A DNA stretch of 27,050 nt from an uncultured archaeon (GCA_964426185.1 CAYRPF010000023.1:11874-38923), one strand, 5' to 3'; numbered from the stretch's first letter, positions 16,714-26,750 are shown. Notes: generated from the letters alone by a model not told the origin. Numbers and translations are program-made.

Positions 16714-18841
16714 GAGTAATTACCTCCGAATTATCTTCAGTAGAATTTTTTATAATTTGAATAGCAGAAAAAGCGCAAACTTCTAAGCAGCTTAGGCATA
16801 ATTCGCCAAGACAGCGAGAATTATCAATTATATACTTTCCTTCTTGTTCCACAATTGCCGTGCAGCCTAAGACATAAATGCACTCGTTGCATTTGGTGCA
16901 ATCTTCAGTAATTTTTAGAAAAGTTGAATTGGGATTAGGTAACAATTTGGAAAGGGAATCTTTCCGTCTTTTTTTCTGAAGAGCGCATTCTGCTTGAACC
17001 AAAGCCACTTTAATCCCTTTAAGATTGAATAAATCCAAAAACTGATTTTTCATGGCTTTAATTGAATAACCATCGAAATTTTGAATTTCGAAATCCCTAA
17101 GAGAATGAAGAAGATCAAGGATTGAGATTGGGTTATTGGTTTCTATATTAGAATTTGCTTGAAGTTGTATGGGTGTGGAAGGTGATAATTGATGCCCTGT
17201 CATCGCGCAGTAATAATTATCTAAAATCACCACTAAGACATCTGCTCCATGCTTAACTAGATTTATGAGACTTTGAAGACCAGAATGGAAGAAGGTGCTA
17301 TCCCCTACCAGAGCAATTACATGCTGCGACTGTGGATCAACAACCTGACTTACTCCGTTCGCTATTCCCACGCCTGCACCCATGCAAATCAACCAATCCA
17401 TCAATTCATAAGGTTTTGACATTCCCATAGTATAACAACCGATATCGCCTCCCACAATAGCTTCTCTACCAGTTTTTTTCTTATAAAGGTCAACCGCTTT
17501 ACGGAGTGCATAAAAAACATTACGATGAGAACATCCAGGACAGAATGTAGGTTCTCGAATAGGTATTTGAGAAGCAAGGTTGGTGAGAGTGGAAGACACA
17601 GATCTTAAGGTATCTTGAAATTCTTGAAGAAAAAACATTTCTTCTTGAATGACAAGGGGCTTAGCTAAAATGGAATGTACGATATCTGGAGTAAGAACAC
17701 CCACTCGAGGTAGATTTTTTTTGCCCACTATTGGTATGAAAGCCGGAATTTCATACAATATTTCTCTGATTTGTCTTTCAAGAAAAGGTTCCAAATCTTC
17801 TATAATTATTAACACATCGGGTTCAAATTTTTCCAGAAAAGAAAGAATTGGCTCGAGAGGAATAGGATATGTCAGTTTAAGGCGAAGACGAGGAAAATCA
17901 ATTTTCACTCGAAGGGCTAATTCTTCAATTACTGTCCATCCCAATCCAGAACCGATGAATCCAATAAGTAATGGCTCCCGTTCAAAGGTCACTGATTCAT
18001 CTTGATCACTTAATTCTTGTTCAGGAGGTTCAAATTTAATTCGGGTTTTGGTAATAACTCCAGTTGATTGTCCTTTTAATTCAGAATAAAGTGTGTCCAG
18101 CAATGTCTCAAAAAAACCATGGTTTAATTGGTGAATTTTTGCGTATAACGATGCTTGATTCCTTTTGGCCCAGTGGATTGCATTTAGAAAGCGATCGGGG
18201 TTTTTTTCAAAACGACGCATCGAGTAGGGTTGCATTTCAAGAGATACAGGTGACATTGCAACCTCACCAGAAGCATGAGCTAATTGGCTTGGAAAATAGA
18301 TCATTACTGGCAATTCAATGGTCTCTGAGAGTAAAAAGGCATCTGCAACAATATCTTTACATTCTTGAATCGAACTAGGCTCTAAAATAGGAAGTTGACT
18401 GTGATAAGAAAACAACCGCACATCCACTGCGTTAGTAGAAGAGTTAATATCGGGATCTCCCCCCACTAGAATAACTAACCCCGCTTTCCGTTTTCCGTCA
18501 ATTCCAGAATACATTACAGCATGCAGTGCATCGGTAATTAAATTCATTCCCAGATGTTTGAAGGATACCGCCGCTCGCACCCCCGACCATGCTGCACCTA
18601 CTGCGGCTTCAAAAGCAACCGTTTCATTTACCGATAAATCAAAATAAACATCAGAATTTTCTCGAGAGTAGAAATCCCACAAATTTCCAATTTCTGAAGC
18701 GGGGGTTCCTGGATATGTAGCTAAGAATTGAACACTTTGCTCAAATAATCCCCTGGCGAATGCTTCATTTCCGGATAATATGAATTTGCCTTGAAGATTC
18801 GGATCAAAGAGTGCTTTGGGATGTGAGAGATGAAATTTCAT
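16697..18841 (-). CDS. iorA: Indolepyruvate:ferredoxin oxidoreductase alpha subunit
   Basis: SGNEAFARG, YPGTPASEI, KHLGMN, PTFCPGCSHR, GDIGC, TPP motif GDSTFFHSG...LDN and a C-terminal 2x[4Fe-4S] ferredoxin. ATG 18841 preferred over GTG 18853. Confidence 0.93.
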   Translation of the reverse strand: MKFHLSHPKALFDPNLQGKFILSGNEAFARGLFEQSVQFLATYPGTPASEIGNLWDFYSRENSDVYFDLSVNETVAFEAAVGAAWSGVRAAVSFKHLGMNLITDALHAVMYSGIDGKRKAGLVILVGGDPDINSSTNAVDVRLFSYHSQLPILEPSSIQECKDIVADAFLLSETIELPVMIYFPSQLAHASGEVAMSPVSLEMQPYSMRRFEKNPDRFLNAIHWAKRNQASLYAKIHQLNHGFFETLLDTLYSELKGQSTGVITKTRIKFEPPEQELSDQDESVTFEREPLLIGFIGSGLGWTVIEELALRVKIDFPRLRLKLTYPIPLEPILSFLEKFEPDVLIIIEDLEPFLERQIREILYEIPAFIPIVGKKNLPRVGVLTPDIVHSILAKPLVIQEEMFFLQEFQDTLRSVSSTLTNLASQIPIREPTFCPGCSHRNVFYALRKAVDLYKKKTGREAIVGGDIGCYTMGMSKPYELMDWLICMGAGVGIANGVSQVVDPQSQHVIALVGDSTFFHSGLQSLINLVKHGADVLVVILDNYYCAMTGHQLSPSTPIQLQANSNIETNNPISILDLLHSLRDFEIQNFDGYSIKAMKNQFLDLFNLKGIKVALVQAECALQKKRRKDSLSKLLPNPNSTFLKITEDCTKCNECIYVLGCTAIVEQEGKYIIDNSRCLGELCLSCLEVCAFSAIQIIKNSTEDNSEVITHDKNL

Positions 18842-18871
18842 ATAATTGTTCACTTATTTGAAGTGGTGATA

Positions 18872-18916
18872 GTTATAAAAAATTGCCATCCAGCTCAAAC
18901 TTATTCGGAAAAGTTT
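18872..18916. promoter_or_regulatory. Shared divergent iorA/polB2 promoter with near-palindromic operator
   Basis: TTATAAAA at about 18873-18880 is usable in both directions. AAACTT-ATTCGGAA-AAGTTT at 18897-18916 overlaps the expected plus-strand start site. Confidence 0.4.
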
Positions 18917-18935
18917 TAGAAGCTTATTGAGGAGA

Positions 18936-21416
18936 ATGTCGACCAAACACATGCTTGATCCGTGTTGGATATTAGATGCAAACCCCCATGCGGAAGGAGT
19001 TGAACTATGGTTAATTTCAAAGCACGGGAAGTGTGTTCGTGTAGTCTATCCCTTCTTACCTAAATTTTATGCCGTACTGCATCCGACAAAAAAGCGTTCT
19101 TTTGACTTTTCTTCATTATCTCAAGAATACGCCTATTATGCAAAAACCATGGCTGAACATGACGATATTAAGAAAATTGAAGTGGTTAAACGCCGAATTC
19201 ATGCCCGTGACTCTTTTTATTCGCCTTGTCTGGCAATTACGCCCACATCGCCTTTGAAATTCAGTCGAGTCATCAAATATTTTTACAAATTTGATTATTT
19301 TGATTTATATAACGTGGATGTTCCCGTAGTGCAGCTTTTCTTTTATGAATCGCATTTTTTTCCTTTCGCAAAATGCCAGCTGGAATTCGAAATCAGAAAA
19401 TTGAAGGATACCAGAAAAATTGTGCTGAAGGCGCTTAATCTTAGGGATTCAAATGAAGATATTGAATACGAACTTCCCCCTTTAGGGATTGTATGGCTTG
19501 AAATATTTACAAATTCTTCTCATATCGTGCGTAGACCCTCTGATCCAATTCGAGAATGCAGACTTACCATAGATCCAGACAGTAAACATTTCGATTTGCA
19601 TCAATTTTTTTCCAACGATATGATAATGCACGATTCCCATGGGAAGCTCCAACTACGTATTGCCGAATCAACAGAATATGAAACTTTGCGGGAACTTGAG
19701 CGTGCGATTAAAATGCTAGACCCAGATATAATCTTCACTGCTAAGGGCGATGAGCGGGTTTTTCCACATTTAGTGAACCGTCTTCGAGTTCTTAAAATGG
19801 ATCAGCATTATTCCCTATCTCGTCATCGAGTTCCCATATCCCATGGCTTGCTTTCCTTTGATGGCGCAAGTTCCTACATGTCATACGGTCAGATACTTCA
19901 CAGATCTAAAACTCAGTTTTATCTGCATGGGCGGTTACATATAGATTCTGCGATTATGGGTGGCTTGCACTTTTCAGATGGAAATTTGTATGGCATTGTG
20001 GAAATCGCACGCATTTCCTACGTTACCCTCCAGCGCTTGACACGTATTACTATTGGAGGTGCTTTGCAATCCATGCAATTTTTTCACGCATACAAACAAG
20101 GAATCTTGATACCGGAGGAAAAAAGAAATGTGGAGCACTTTCGTAACGCTTCTACTCTGCTTTTCTCTGATCGAGGTGGCCATATTTTGAATCCCTATGT
20201 GGGCTTGTTTAGACGGGTGGCAGAACTGGATTTTACTTCTATGTATCCTTCCTTAATGGTGAAATATAATGTTTCTCCCGAAAAGATCAACTGCAAGTGC
20301 TGCGCGCAGGATGAAAGGGCGAAGGTTCCAGGGCTACCTTATCACCTTTGCCAAAAACAGAAAGGAATCATTCCGCTTTCTCTTGAATTACCTTTAAAAA
20401 AGCGTATAGTATATAAGAAATATATAAATGACGATGATCCCGAAAAATCGAAACGATACCAACAAATGCAGAGCGCCCTCAAATGGATTTTGGTAGTGTG
20501 TTTTGGATATTTAGGCTTCAAAAATGCCCGCTTTGGCAGGATTGAAGCGCATCAAACGGTGTGTGCCTATTCTCGAGAATTTCTACTAAAGGCAATGGAA
20601 ATTGTAGAACGGCATAACTTGATTTTTATTCACGGTATTGTTGATTCCCTCTATGTGCAAGCGCCTCCTGAAATGAAATTAAATGAATTTCACCGGCAAT
20701 GTGCTAAGGTAGTGAGAGAAATTGAAGCGGTTACTTATATCCCTATTGAATACGATCCTAACGAAAATTATTTTCAATTCATTACTTTTCTTCCTACAAA
20801 AGCTCAACCGAAAATAGGTGCTCTTAATCGTTATTGGGGTGTGAAAGCTAGTGGAAAAATCAAGGTGCGTGGTATCGAACTCCGTAGACATGATTCGCCA
20901 CCATTAATCAAGAAATTTCAAGAGACGCTTATTTCTTCGATAGCACATGCTCCTCCCAATTTATCATGGGATGAACTTTTTTTACAGCATATGATTCCCA
21001 TTCTATTTCAGTTTTTTCGATATTTGGATGCTCGACAGGTTTCGGTGGATGAGTTAGCCATTACAGTGCGACTCACACGAAATTTGGCAGAATACAAGGT
21101 AAAAAACTATCAGAACATTGCCGCACAACATTTAGCAGATCACGGGTTGTATATAGGTCCAGGAGAGAAAATTTCCTTTATTATCACCAACGATCGCGCC
21201 GAAAATCCCTTAGAACGGGCATATCCTGTGCAACTATATCGAAAACACTATAAATCATTTGATGTTATGAAATATCGGGAGCTGTTAGTGCGGGCAATGA
21301 ACAATCTTCTCCCGAAAGCTTTATCTAATGATGAAAAGAAATTATTAGTAAAATATGGGAAAAGATATAAATCTCAGGATTTAGGAGCTTTCAATTCCAT
21401 CATAAAATCCTTATAG
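18936..21416 (+). CDS. polB2: Family B DNA polymerase, archaeal PolB2 (Dpo2) group
   Basis: Motif A ELDFTSMYPS is intact. Motif B is KWILVVCFGYLG and motif C is HGIVDS instead of YGDTDS. ExoI is degenerate (WLEI). KVRGIELRRHD is present. These are PolB2 hallmarks. Confidence 0.9.
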   Translation: MSTKHMLDPCWILDANPHAEGVELWLISKHGKCVRVVYPFLPKFYAVLHPTKKRSFDFSSLSQEYAYYAKTMAEHDDIKKIEVVKRRIHARDSFYSPCLAITPTSPLKFSRVIKYFYKFDYFDLYNVDVPVVQLFFYESHFFPFAKCQLEFEIRKLKDTRKIVLKALNLRDSNEDIEYELPPLGIVWLEIFTNSSHIVRRPSDPIRECRLTIDPDSKHFDLHQFFSNDMIMHDSHGKLQLRIAESTEYETLRELERAIKMLDPDIIFTAKGDERVFPHLVNRLRVLKMDQHYSLSRHRVPISHGLLSFDGASSYMSYGQILHRSKTQFYLHGRLHIDSAIMGGLHFSDGNLYGIVEIARISYVTLQRLTRITIGGALQSMQFFHAYKQGILIPEEKRNVEHFRNASTLLFSDRGGHILNPYVGLFRRVAELDFTSMYPSLMVKYNVSPEKINCKCCAQDERAKVPGLPYHLCQKQKGIIPLSLELPLKKRIVYKKYINDDDPEKSKRYQQMQSALKWILVVCFGYLGFKNARFGRIEAHQTVCAYSREFLLKAMEIVERHNLIFIHGIVDSLYVQAPPEMKLNEFHRQCAKVVREIEAVTYIPIEYDPNENYFQFITFLPTKAQPKIGALNRYWGVKASGKIKVRGIELRRHDSPPLIKKFQETLISSIAHAPPNLSWDELFLQHMIPILFQFFRYLDARQVSVDELAITVRLTRNLAEYKVKNYQNIAAQHLADHGLYIGPGEKISFIITNDRAENPLERAYPVQLYRKHYKSFDVMKYRELLVRAMNNLLPKALSNDEKKLLVKYGKRYKSQDLGAFNSIIKSL

Positions 21417-21436
21417 AGTGTGATTAAAAATTAATT

Positions 21437-22939
21437 ATGCAGAAAATACCCGCTTTAATTTACCAAAAACTGAGAAATGTTGGGAATAATTCTCAAGTTC
21501 CTCATTTTGAACGACAATTGAGAATGATTGGAATAGAATCTATTATTAAAGGAATAGAAGCGGTGCTTCCAGCAAATTTACTCTTTGAATCAGTGAAAGA
21601 TTCGTTCAGGATGGATGAGACGGATAAGAGAGGTAAGACATGTAAGGTGGGAAAGAATTTTATTATTCAAGGTACAAAATTTGATCTTCAAAAATACGAG
21701 CAAATTTTGATTGTGGGGGGCGGAAAAGCAAGTGGAATGCTAGCAAAATCTCTGATTGATTATTTTCCTCTAGAAATTAAGGTTTCTGGAGTCATTAATG
21801 TTCCTAAAGATCAAAATCTTTCCCCCAAAATCGTAAATCAACACGGTACCTCAAAAATCTTCGTTCATTTTGCCCAACATCCAATTCCTGATCTTGAGGG
21901 AATAGTTGGTGTGGAGCAAATGATTTCTCTAATATCGCAATCTCCTTCTAATACATTGGTTATCGCCTTGATAAGTGGTGGTGGAAGTGCGCTGTTAGTT
22001 GCTCCAGTAGAAGGCATTTCTCTTTCAGATCTTCAAACTACCAATAAATTATTACTAAAATCTGGTGTTTCAATTCAAGAAATGAACTGCATTCGTAAAC
22101 ATCTTTCTCAAATAAAGGGGGGTCAACTGGCGAAAATTTGCTATCCTCGAGATCTAATTTCTTTGATTCTATCTGATGTTATGGGAGATCCATTGGATTC
22201 AATTGCTTCAGGACCTACTGTACCAGATTCGTCTACTTTTAACCGGGCTATTGAAATTGCTCAAAGATATCAAATATGGAATCAACTTCCGATGACTGTT
22301 CAAAATCATTTAAAAAACGGATCTTTAGGACTAATTGAGGAAACACCTAAGAAAAATTCCCCCGTCTTCTCTCGAACTTGGAATTTCTTGATTGGTAGCG
22401 TATCAAATTCCATTAAAGCAATACAAACAATGCTTTACAGTCAAGATATCTCTCTCCATGAAATTCCGATTCCCTTTCAAGGTGAAGCAAAAGATTACGG
22501 AGAACAATTGGCTCATCTAAATTTAACTCAATTTGGGATTCAATCGACTACAGCTCTTTATAGAACTGGAGAATTAACTGTAACTCTCCGTGGAAAAGGG
22601 ATCGGAGGGCGAAATCAAGAAATGTTAGCGTCGTTTTTGCTAAACTTAAAGAAAAATTCTAATCTAGATTGGAACCATTATACTTATACAATTTTTAGTG
22701 TAGCCTTTGATGGTCTTGAAGGAAATAGTCCAGCAATGGGTGCTATCGTTGACTCTTCCAGTTTATTGCGTTTAGAGTTATGTGTTCCAGATTCTACAAC
22801 TTATTTGACCAAAATCCTACAGAATAATAATTCATACCGTTTATTTCAAACTCTTTGTGATGCTTTGGTTAGTGGAATGACTAACACCAATGTAAATGAT
22901 TTATTATTTATTCTGATTTGCCCCAAAAAGGAACAATAA
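21437..22939 (+). CDS. gck: Glycerate 2-kinase (MOFRL/GckA-TtuD family)
   Basis: VGGGKA, HPIPD, LISGGGSAL, NCIRKHLSQIKGG, SDVMGD..IASGPT, GELTV, GGRNQE and TNTNVND. Confidence 0.92.
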   Translation: MQKIPALIYQKLRNVGNNSQVPHFERQLRMIGIESIIKGIEAVLPANLLFESVKDSFRMDETDKRGKTCKVGKNFIIQGTKFDLQKYEQILIVGGGKASGMLAKSLIDYFPLEIKVSGVINVPKDQNLSPKIVNQHGTSKIFVHFAQHPIPDLEGIVGVEQMISLISQSPSNTLVIALISGGGSALLVAPVEGISLSDLQTTNKLLLKSGVSIQEMNCIRKHLSQIKGGQLAKICYPRDLISLILSDVMGDPLDSIASGPTVPDSSTFNRAIEIAQRYQIWNQLPMTVQNHLKNGSLGLIEETPKKNSPVFSRTWNFLIGSVSNSIKAIQTMLYSQDISLHEIPIPFQGEAKDYGEQLAHLNLTQFGIQSTTALYRTGELTVTLRGKGIGGRNQEMLASFLLNLKKNSNLDWNHYTYTIFSVAFDGLEGNSPAMGAIVDSSSLLRLELCVPDSTTYLTKILQNNNSYRLFQTLCDALVSGMTNTNVNDLLFILICPKKEQ

Positions 22940-22989
22940 CCGACGATTATTTTAATGCTCAAGTATTTTAATTTTTTAACTGATGAAAT

Positions 22990-23571
22990 ATGGGGATCGC
23001 GATTCAAATTATTGGGGCTATTGGTTTTTTATTCAGATTTTGGTTAGTTGAATTAAAGCTTGACCAAGATTTGAATCATAAACGCGGCCACACCAGCCGA
23101 TTCATCAATTATTATTTCTTAATTGCCATGATTACTGATTTTGGGAATAATTTGTTCACTTTAATTTCAGTAGTATCTGCTCCCGCGATGGTTATGGCAT
23201 TTTTCTTCTTTGATTTTCCCTTTTACTTTAAAGATTGCCTTCATCCGATGAAAAAAAAGGGTTGGTTGATCTTAGAGCGTTTAACTCTTCATCCCCCTGT
23301 TTTTATCTATGCAATCTATTTTTATGCAACTCAAACACTTAAATTCTTTTTCGATCTTTACAATCTATCTAATTTAGTTATTTCTTTGGTTCTAGTTCTT
23401 ATACCTTTGTTTGTAATTGATCCACGTGTTGTTAAAAGAGAAGATTGGCCTCGCGGTTTGTTCATGGTGCTAGGAGCAATTATCGATGTTGCTGGAAATT
23501 TGATATTTTATTCAGAAGTGGCAAAAAAGTGGAATTATCCGCGTTTTTTTGATAGTTGGAGTATTTTCTAA
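22990..23571 (+). CDS. Hypothetical integral membrane protein (about 6 TM)
   Basis: Alternating hydrophobic segments. His/Arg/Asp-containing motifs (RGHTSRF, ERLTLHPP) suggest a conserved family that I cannot name. Confidence 0.7.
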   Translation: MGIAIQIIGAIGFLFRFWLVELKLDQDLNHKRGHTSRFINYYFLIAMITDFGNNLFTLISVVSAPAMVMAFFFFDFPFYFKDCLHPMKKKGWLILERLTLHPPVFIYAIYFYATQTLKFFFDLYNLSNLVISLVLVLIPLFVIDPRVVKREDWPRGLFMVLGAIIDVAGNLIFYSEVAKKWNYPRFFDSWSIF

Positions 23572-23610
23572 AGATATTTGTATAATTATGTAATTATATG
23601 AGTGATTTAA

Positions 23611-23826
23611 TTATTCAAACACCGTATAAAGTACTAAAAGTATTCCTATTAGCATCCCCGCTCCTCCAATCCAAAAAGATATGGTTATAATTAATTGTCC
23701 AATTGCAGGAATCGGGTTATAAAGGGCTATATATTGAGCACGGCCCCAAAATGTTATCAGAAGCCATGTTATGGATGTTATGAAAATATATACCAAATGT
23801 TCGATTTCGAGTTGTATATCCAACAT
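23611..23826 (-). CDS. Small 2-TM membrane protein
   Basis: 71 aa with two hydrophobic helices, co-oriented downstream of the kinase gene. Confidence 0.55.
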   Translation of the reverse strand: MLDIQLEIEHLVYIFITSITWLLITFWGRAQYIALYNPIPAIGQLIITISFWIGGAGMLIGILLVLYTVFE

Positions 23827-23907
23827 ATTCTATCAACTTCTTAATATGGTATAATGATTAACTCTTTGAAATATTAAAGCTTTAGGATAATTTATAAGAA
23901 AAAATAA

Positions 23908-25041
23908 TCATAGATAATGAATTGGAGAAATTCCACAAATGGCTAATATTATGAAAAATATGGTTATAACAATCGGCATCAGAAGATTATCTGATAGTTC
24001 AATAGGTTTTGGAGTAAAGAGATCAGTTAATGCAAAACAAAATGCTCCTATTGCTGCATAAATTGGTCCTACAAACCATATCATACTAACAAATGCCATA
24101 ATAACTCCGGCTATTGTTCCTTCTAAAGATTTTGAATTCCATTTGTATTTTATTTTGCCAAATTTCATACCAATGAAACTTGCAATTGGATCTGCAAAAC
24201 TTCCTAAACAAAGAGATGCTAGGAAAAGCATTGGTGGTAGAATCAATGATGCAGTTAAATAGGCAATTGCAAAATGGGTGTAAGATGCTAAAGTATCCAA
24301 TTCTTTGTATCGCATGATTTTCTGAGATTCTTTATGAAATATAAATTGAAGATTATGGGATAGACGACTTAAATCGTTAAATAGCAGAACGATCATTGCA
24401 CCATACATAAATAATATCGTTAGAGTTTGAGCAAGGGGCAATGATTGCCGTAAAAAGATTAAATTGACAAAACTTATTTCATCCGAAAAACCCCAAAAAG
24501 ATTCTAATAATTTTTGATAGAAATCTGCGAAATCACCGTTGATAGATCTCGATTTAATTATAATGAAAAAAGTGAGTAAGAAACAAAAAATTAGCACAAA
24601 TATTAAAAGATGGTAGAATTTTCGCTTTAAATCTATTTTTATCTGTTGAGATAATAAAATTTCTTCTTGTTCATTCTTCAATCCGTATCTTCGGACTTTC
24701 TTTTTACCTCGGATTAATTGAAAAGCACTATTCATCAAAATTAACAATCCAAAAACTGCTGGAATGATTGCCATTATTTTTCCAGGTAGATCTCCTGCTG
24801 TTCCATCAAATTCAAAACCTACTTTTATATTGATTAAGATGAAAATAAATAACAATAACAACAACATTCCAATTAGATTCAAAGGTTCTTGCCGTGTTTC
24901 CAGTTTCTCACGAGTTTCGTTCTCATCTTGTTTATGTTGCGTGTAATAACTGAATATTGTTACAGAAATCTTCACAATAGAAAAGAAAAGTAATCCAAAA
25001 ACTAGATAAACAAAAAATCTTGCTAAAACACCGATATTCAT
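23908..25041 (-). CDS. CTP-dependent polyprenol/dolichol/diacylglycerol kinase family (SEC59/DGK1/VTE5-like) membrane protein
   Basis: KRKFYH, ADPIASFIGMKFGK, KSLEGTIAG and SDNLLMP, with three extra N-terminal TM helices. Confidence 0.85.
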   Translation of the reverse strand: MNIGVLARFFVYLVFGLLFFSIVKISVTIFSYYTQHKQDENETREKLETRQEPLNLIGMLLLLLFIFILINIKVGFEFDGTAGDLPGKIMAIIPAVFGLLILMNSAFQLIRGKKKVRRYGLKNEQEEILLSQQIKIDLKRKFYHLLIFVLIFCFLLTFFIIIKSRSINGDFADFYQKLLESFWGFSDEISFVNLIFLRQSLPLAQTLTILFMYGAMIVLLFNDLSRLSHNLQFIFHKESQKIMRYKELDTLASYTHFAIAYLTASLILPPMLFLASLCLGSFADPIASFIGMKFGKIKYKWNSKSLEGTIAGVIMAFVSMIWFVGPIYAAIGAFCFALTDLFTPKPIELSDNLLMPIVITIFFIILAICGISPIHYL

Positions 25042-25214
25042 GATTTTGCATTTCCTTTCTATATTCTTGGTAAAACATAGCTATATTTTCTGTATTTCTG
25101 AAAATATATCCTATTATGTGTAAAAATGATTGGTGTAAAAAAAATTTAATTGAATGAAAATCTATCTATTTATTAATTACTATTATCAAAGTTAAAAGAA
25201 GTAGGGATATTAGC

Positions 25215-25505
25215 ATGGAAGAAAGTGATAACCGAAAAAATTTATTAGAACAATTGAATAACGCCGTTTTGGATATGACAGAACAAGTTTTTGGAACAAA
25301 AGGACGAGAATTTGTCGAAAATACACAGTATCAAATTAAAGAATTCAATTTAAGTGCAATTAGAGCATGGGTCAATTTTATTGATAAATTTTTGGAAGAT
25401 TCCAAACTTATTGAAAATGAAATTGTCAAAAAAACTAGTGCAACTATCAAAGATTTACTTAAACAATTAAAGATTTTGGAAGAAGATTCAGAAGACGATT
25501 TTTAA
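25215..25505 (+). CDS. Small helical hypothetical protein
   Basis: Clean ATG-TAA ORF with amphipathic helices and an acidic C-terminus, filling the gap between neighbours. Confidence 0.7.
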   Translation: MEESDNRKNLLEQLNNAVLDMTEQVFGTKGREFVENTQYQIKEFNLSAIRAWVNFIDKFLEDSKLIENEIVKKTSATIKDLLKQLKILEEDSEDDF

Positions 25506-25522
25506 TCATCATTCATCCATTA

Positions 25523-25936
25523 TTATACATTTTTTAATCCGTCAAATTTATTATTGATAATTTTATCAATCATATTTGCAACTACTTTAGTTTCTGGTGT
25601 TTGGTTTTTAAATGCAATTTTCGCTTCCATAAAAATCATAGTTGTAACCGAGCGCAGAAGTTTAATATCTATTGTTCCTGTATAGAAAAAGACAAAGAAA
25701 ATTTGTCTGTGGGATGAAAATAAATCCCTGGAAATTACTAATATTCGAGAAATCTCATTTCCTTCTCCAAATTTTATTGTAGCTATATCTTGTTTAAATA
25801 ATGTTTTTCCAATAGTACCTATTGCACTAAGTAATCCAGATAGTAATGCATCATCTATCTGTATAAATTCATCGAAATTGCGCGAATAAAATGGTAATCC
25901 CCCATTATCACATATAAGCATTGATTTTAATCCCAT
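25523..25936 (-). CDS. Stand-alone longin/roadblock-like domain protein (Asgard eukaryotic-signature type)
   Basis: N-terminal strand-turn-strand MLICDNGGLPFYSRNF, helix DDALLSGLLSAIGTIGKTLF, three strands and two terminal helices. Upstream GGGAG RBS. Confidence 0.75.
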   Translation of the reverse strand: MGLKSMLICDNGGLPFYSRNFDEFIQIDDALLSGLLSAIGTIGKTLFKQDIATIKFGEGNEISRILVISRDLFSSHRQIFFVFFYTGTIDIKLLRSVTTMIFMEAKIAFKNQTPETKVVANMIDKIINNKFDGLKNV

Positions 25937-26213
25937 AAAACTCCCTTTATTTTTCCTTTATATCGAATATCCAAATCAGATTTTTTATTGTTAACTTACT
26001 TATTTATGTAACCTCCAATTATTTGAATGTTATTCTATTAGCATTGTTCAAAGTCCATTCAAAACATCTATATAATTTTTCTTTTTTTTTGAAGAAAAGG
26101 AACAAAACATTTTTTAACCGAAGAAGAGAAGTTAAATTTGCGGAAGTCAAATGGATCAGATGTAATCCTTTTGGCGGATATTTTTCGTGAAAAAATACGC
26201 AAAGTGATATAAT

Positions 26214-26750
26214 ATGATGAAAGTAACTAAATGGTTTACCAAAGAAGAATGTCTTGAAGCAATGAAGGAATTTCCCAAACGATTCGAAGCCAAGGATCTC
26301 GATGGGTTGAAAGATGCAGTATTCTACTTTCAAGCCACCTTTGGAGCAATTTATTCTTCCAAAAAATTAGATGAGGATGACGATAAATACGAATTATGGG
26401 AAAATCTCGCTGATAATCTGGAAGAATATGAATCAATTGCTTATTTCGTTGAAATTCGGGCGGAAGGTGGACCAAAAATTGTTTTTTATCTCAGCGAAGA
26501 TGAGCAAAAGCTTGGTTTGTGGGAAGGCGAATGGGATAAAGAAACTGCCAAAGAAGCGGTTGAAGCAAAGAACTATGTATGGATGGATTGGGTTCCGAGC
26601 TGTCAACTTCAAATTATGATGGGTAATCCAAATACTGATGCACAATTCTTTAGTGGAGAATTGAAAGTAGATGGATCAATTAAATTAGCTTCAATGCCTA
26701 GACAACTCGGTTATGATTTCTTTGAATTCATGGACATTGAAATAGACTAA
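26214..26750 (+). CDS. SCP2 (sterol carrier protein 2)-like lipid-binding domain protein
   Basis: C-terminal IMMGNPNTDAQFFSGELKVDGSIKLA matches the SCP2 signature. The protein is very acidic. Confidence 0.7.
   Translation: MMKVTKWFTKEECLEAMKEFPKRFEAKDLDGLKDAVFYFQATFGAIYSSKKLDEDDDKYELWENLADNLEEYESIAYFVEIRAEGGPKIVFYLSEDEQKLGLWEGEWDKETAKEAVEAKNYVWMDWVPSCQLQIMMGNPNTDAQFFSGELKVDGSIKLASMPRQLGYDFFEFMDIEID

Noticed and set aside
18936-21416. PolB as marker of a casposon, pipolin or provirus
   Set aside because: Motifs are those of cellular PolB2, with no Cas1, integrase, capsid gene or terminal repeats, and the neighbours are metabolic genes.
1410-26645. Numerous short ORFs in the supplied track overlapping the called genes (e.g. 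1410-1634, 2387-2704, 10977-11219, 13057-13392, 17649-18005, 26019-26333)
   Set aside because: Antisense or off-frame shadows of well-supported genes, with no motifs of their own.
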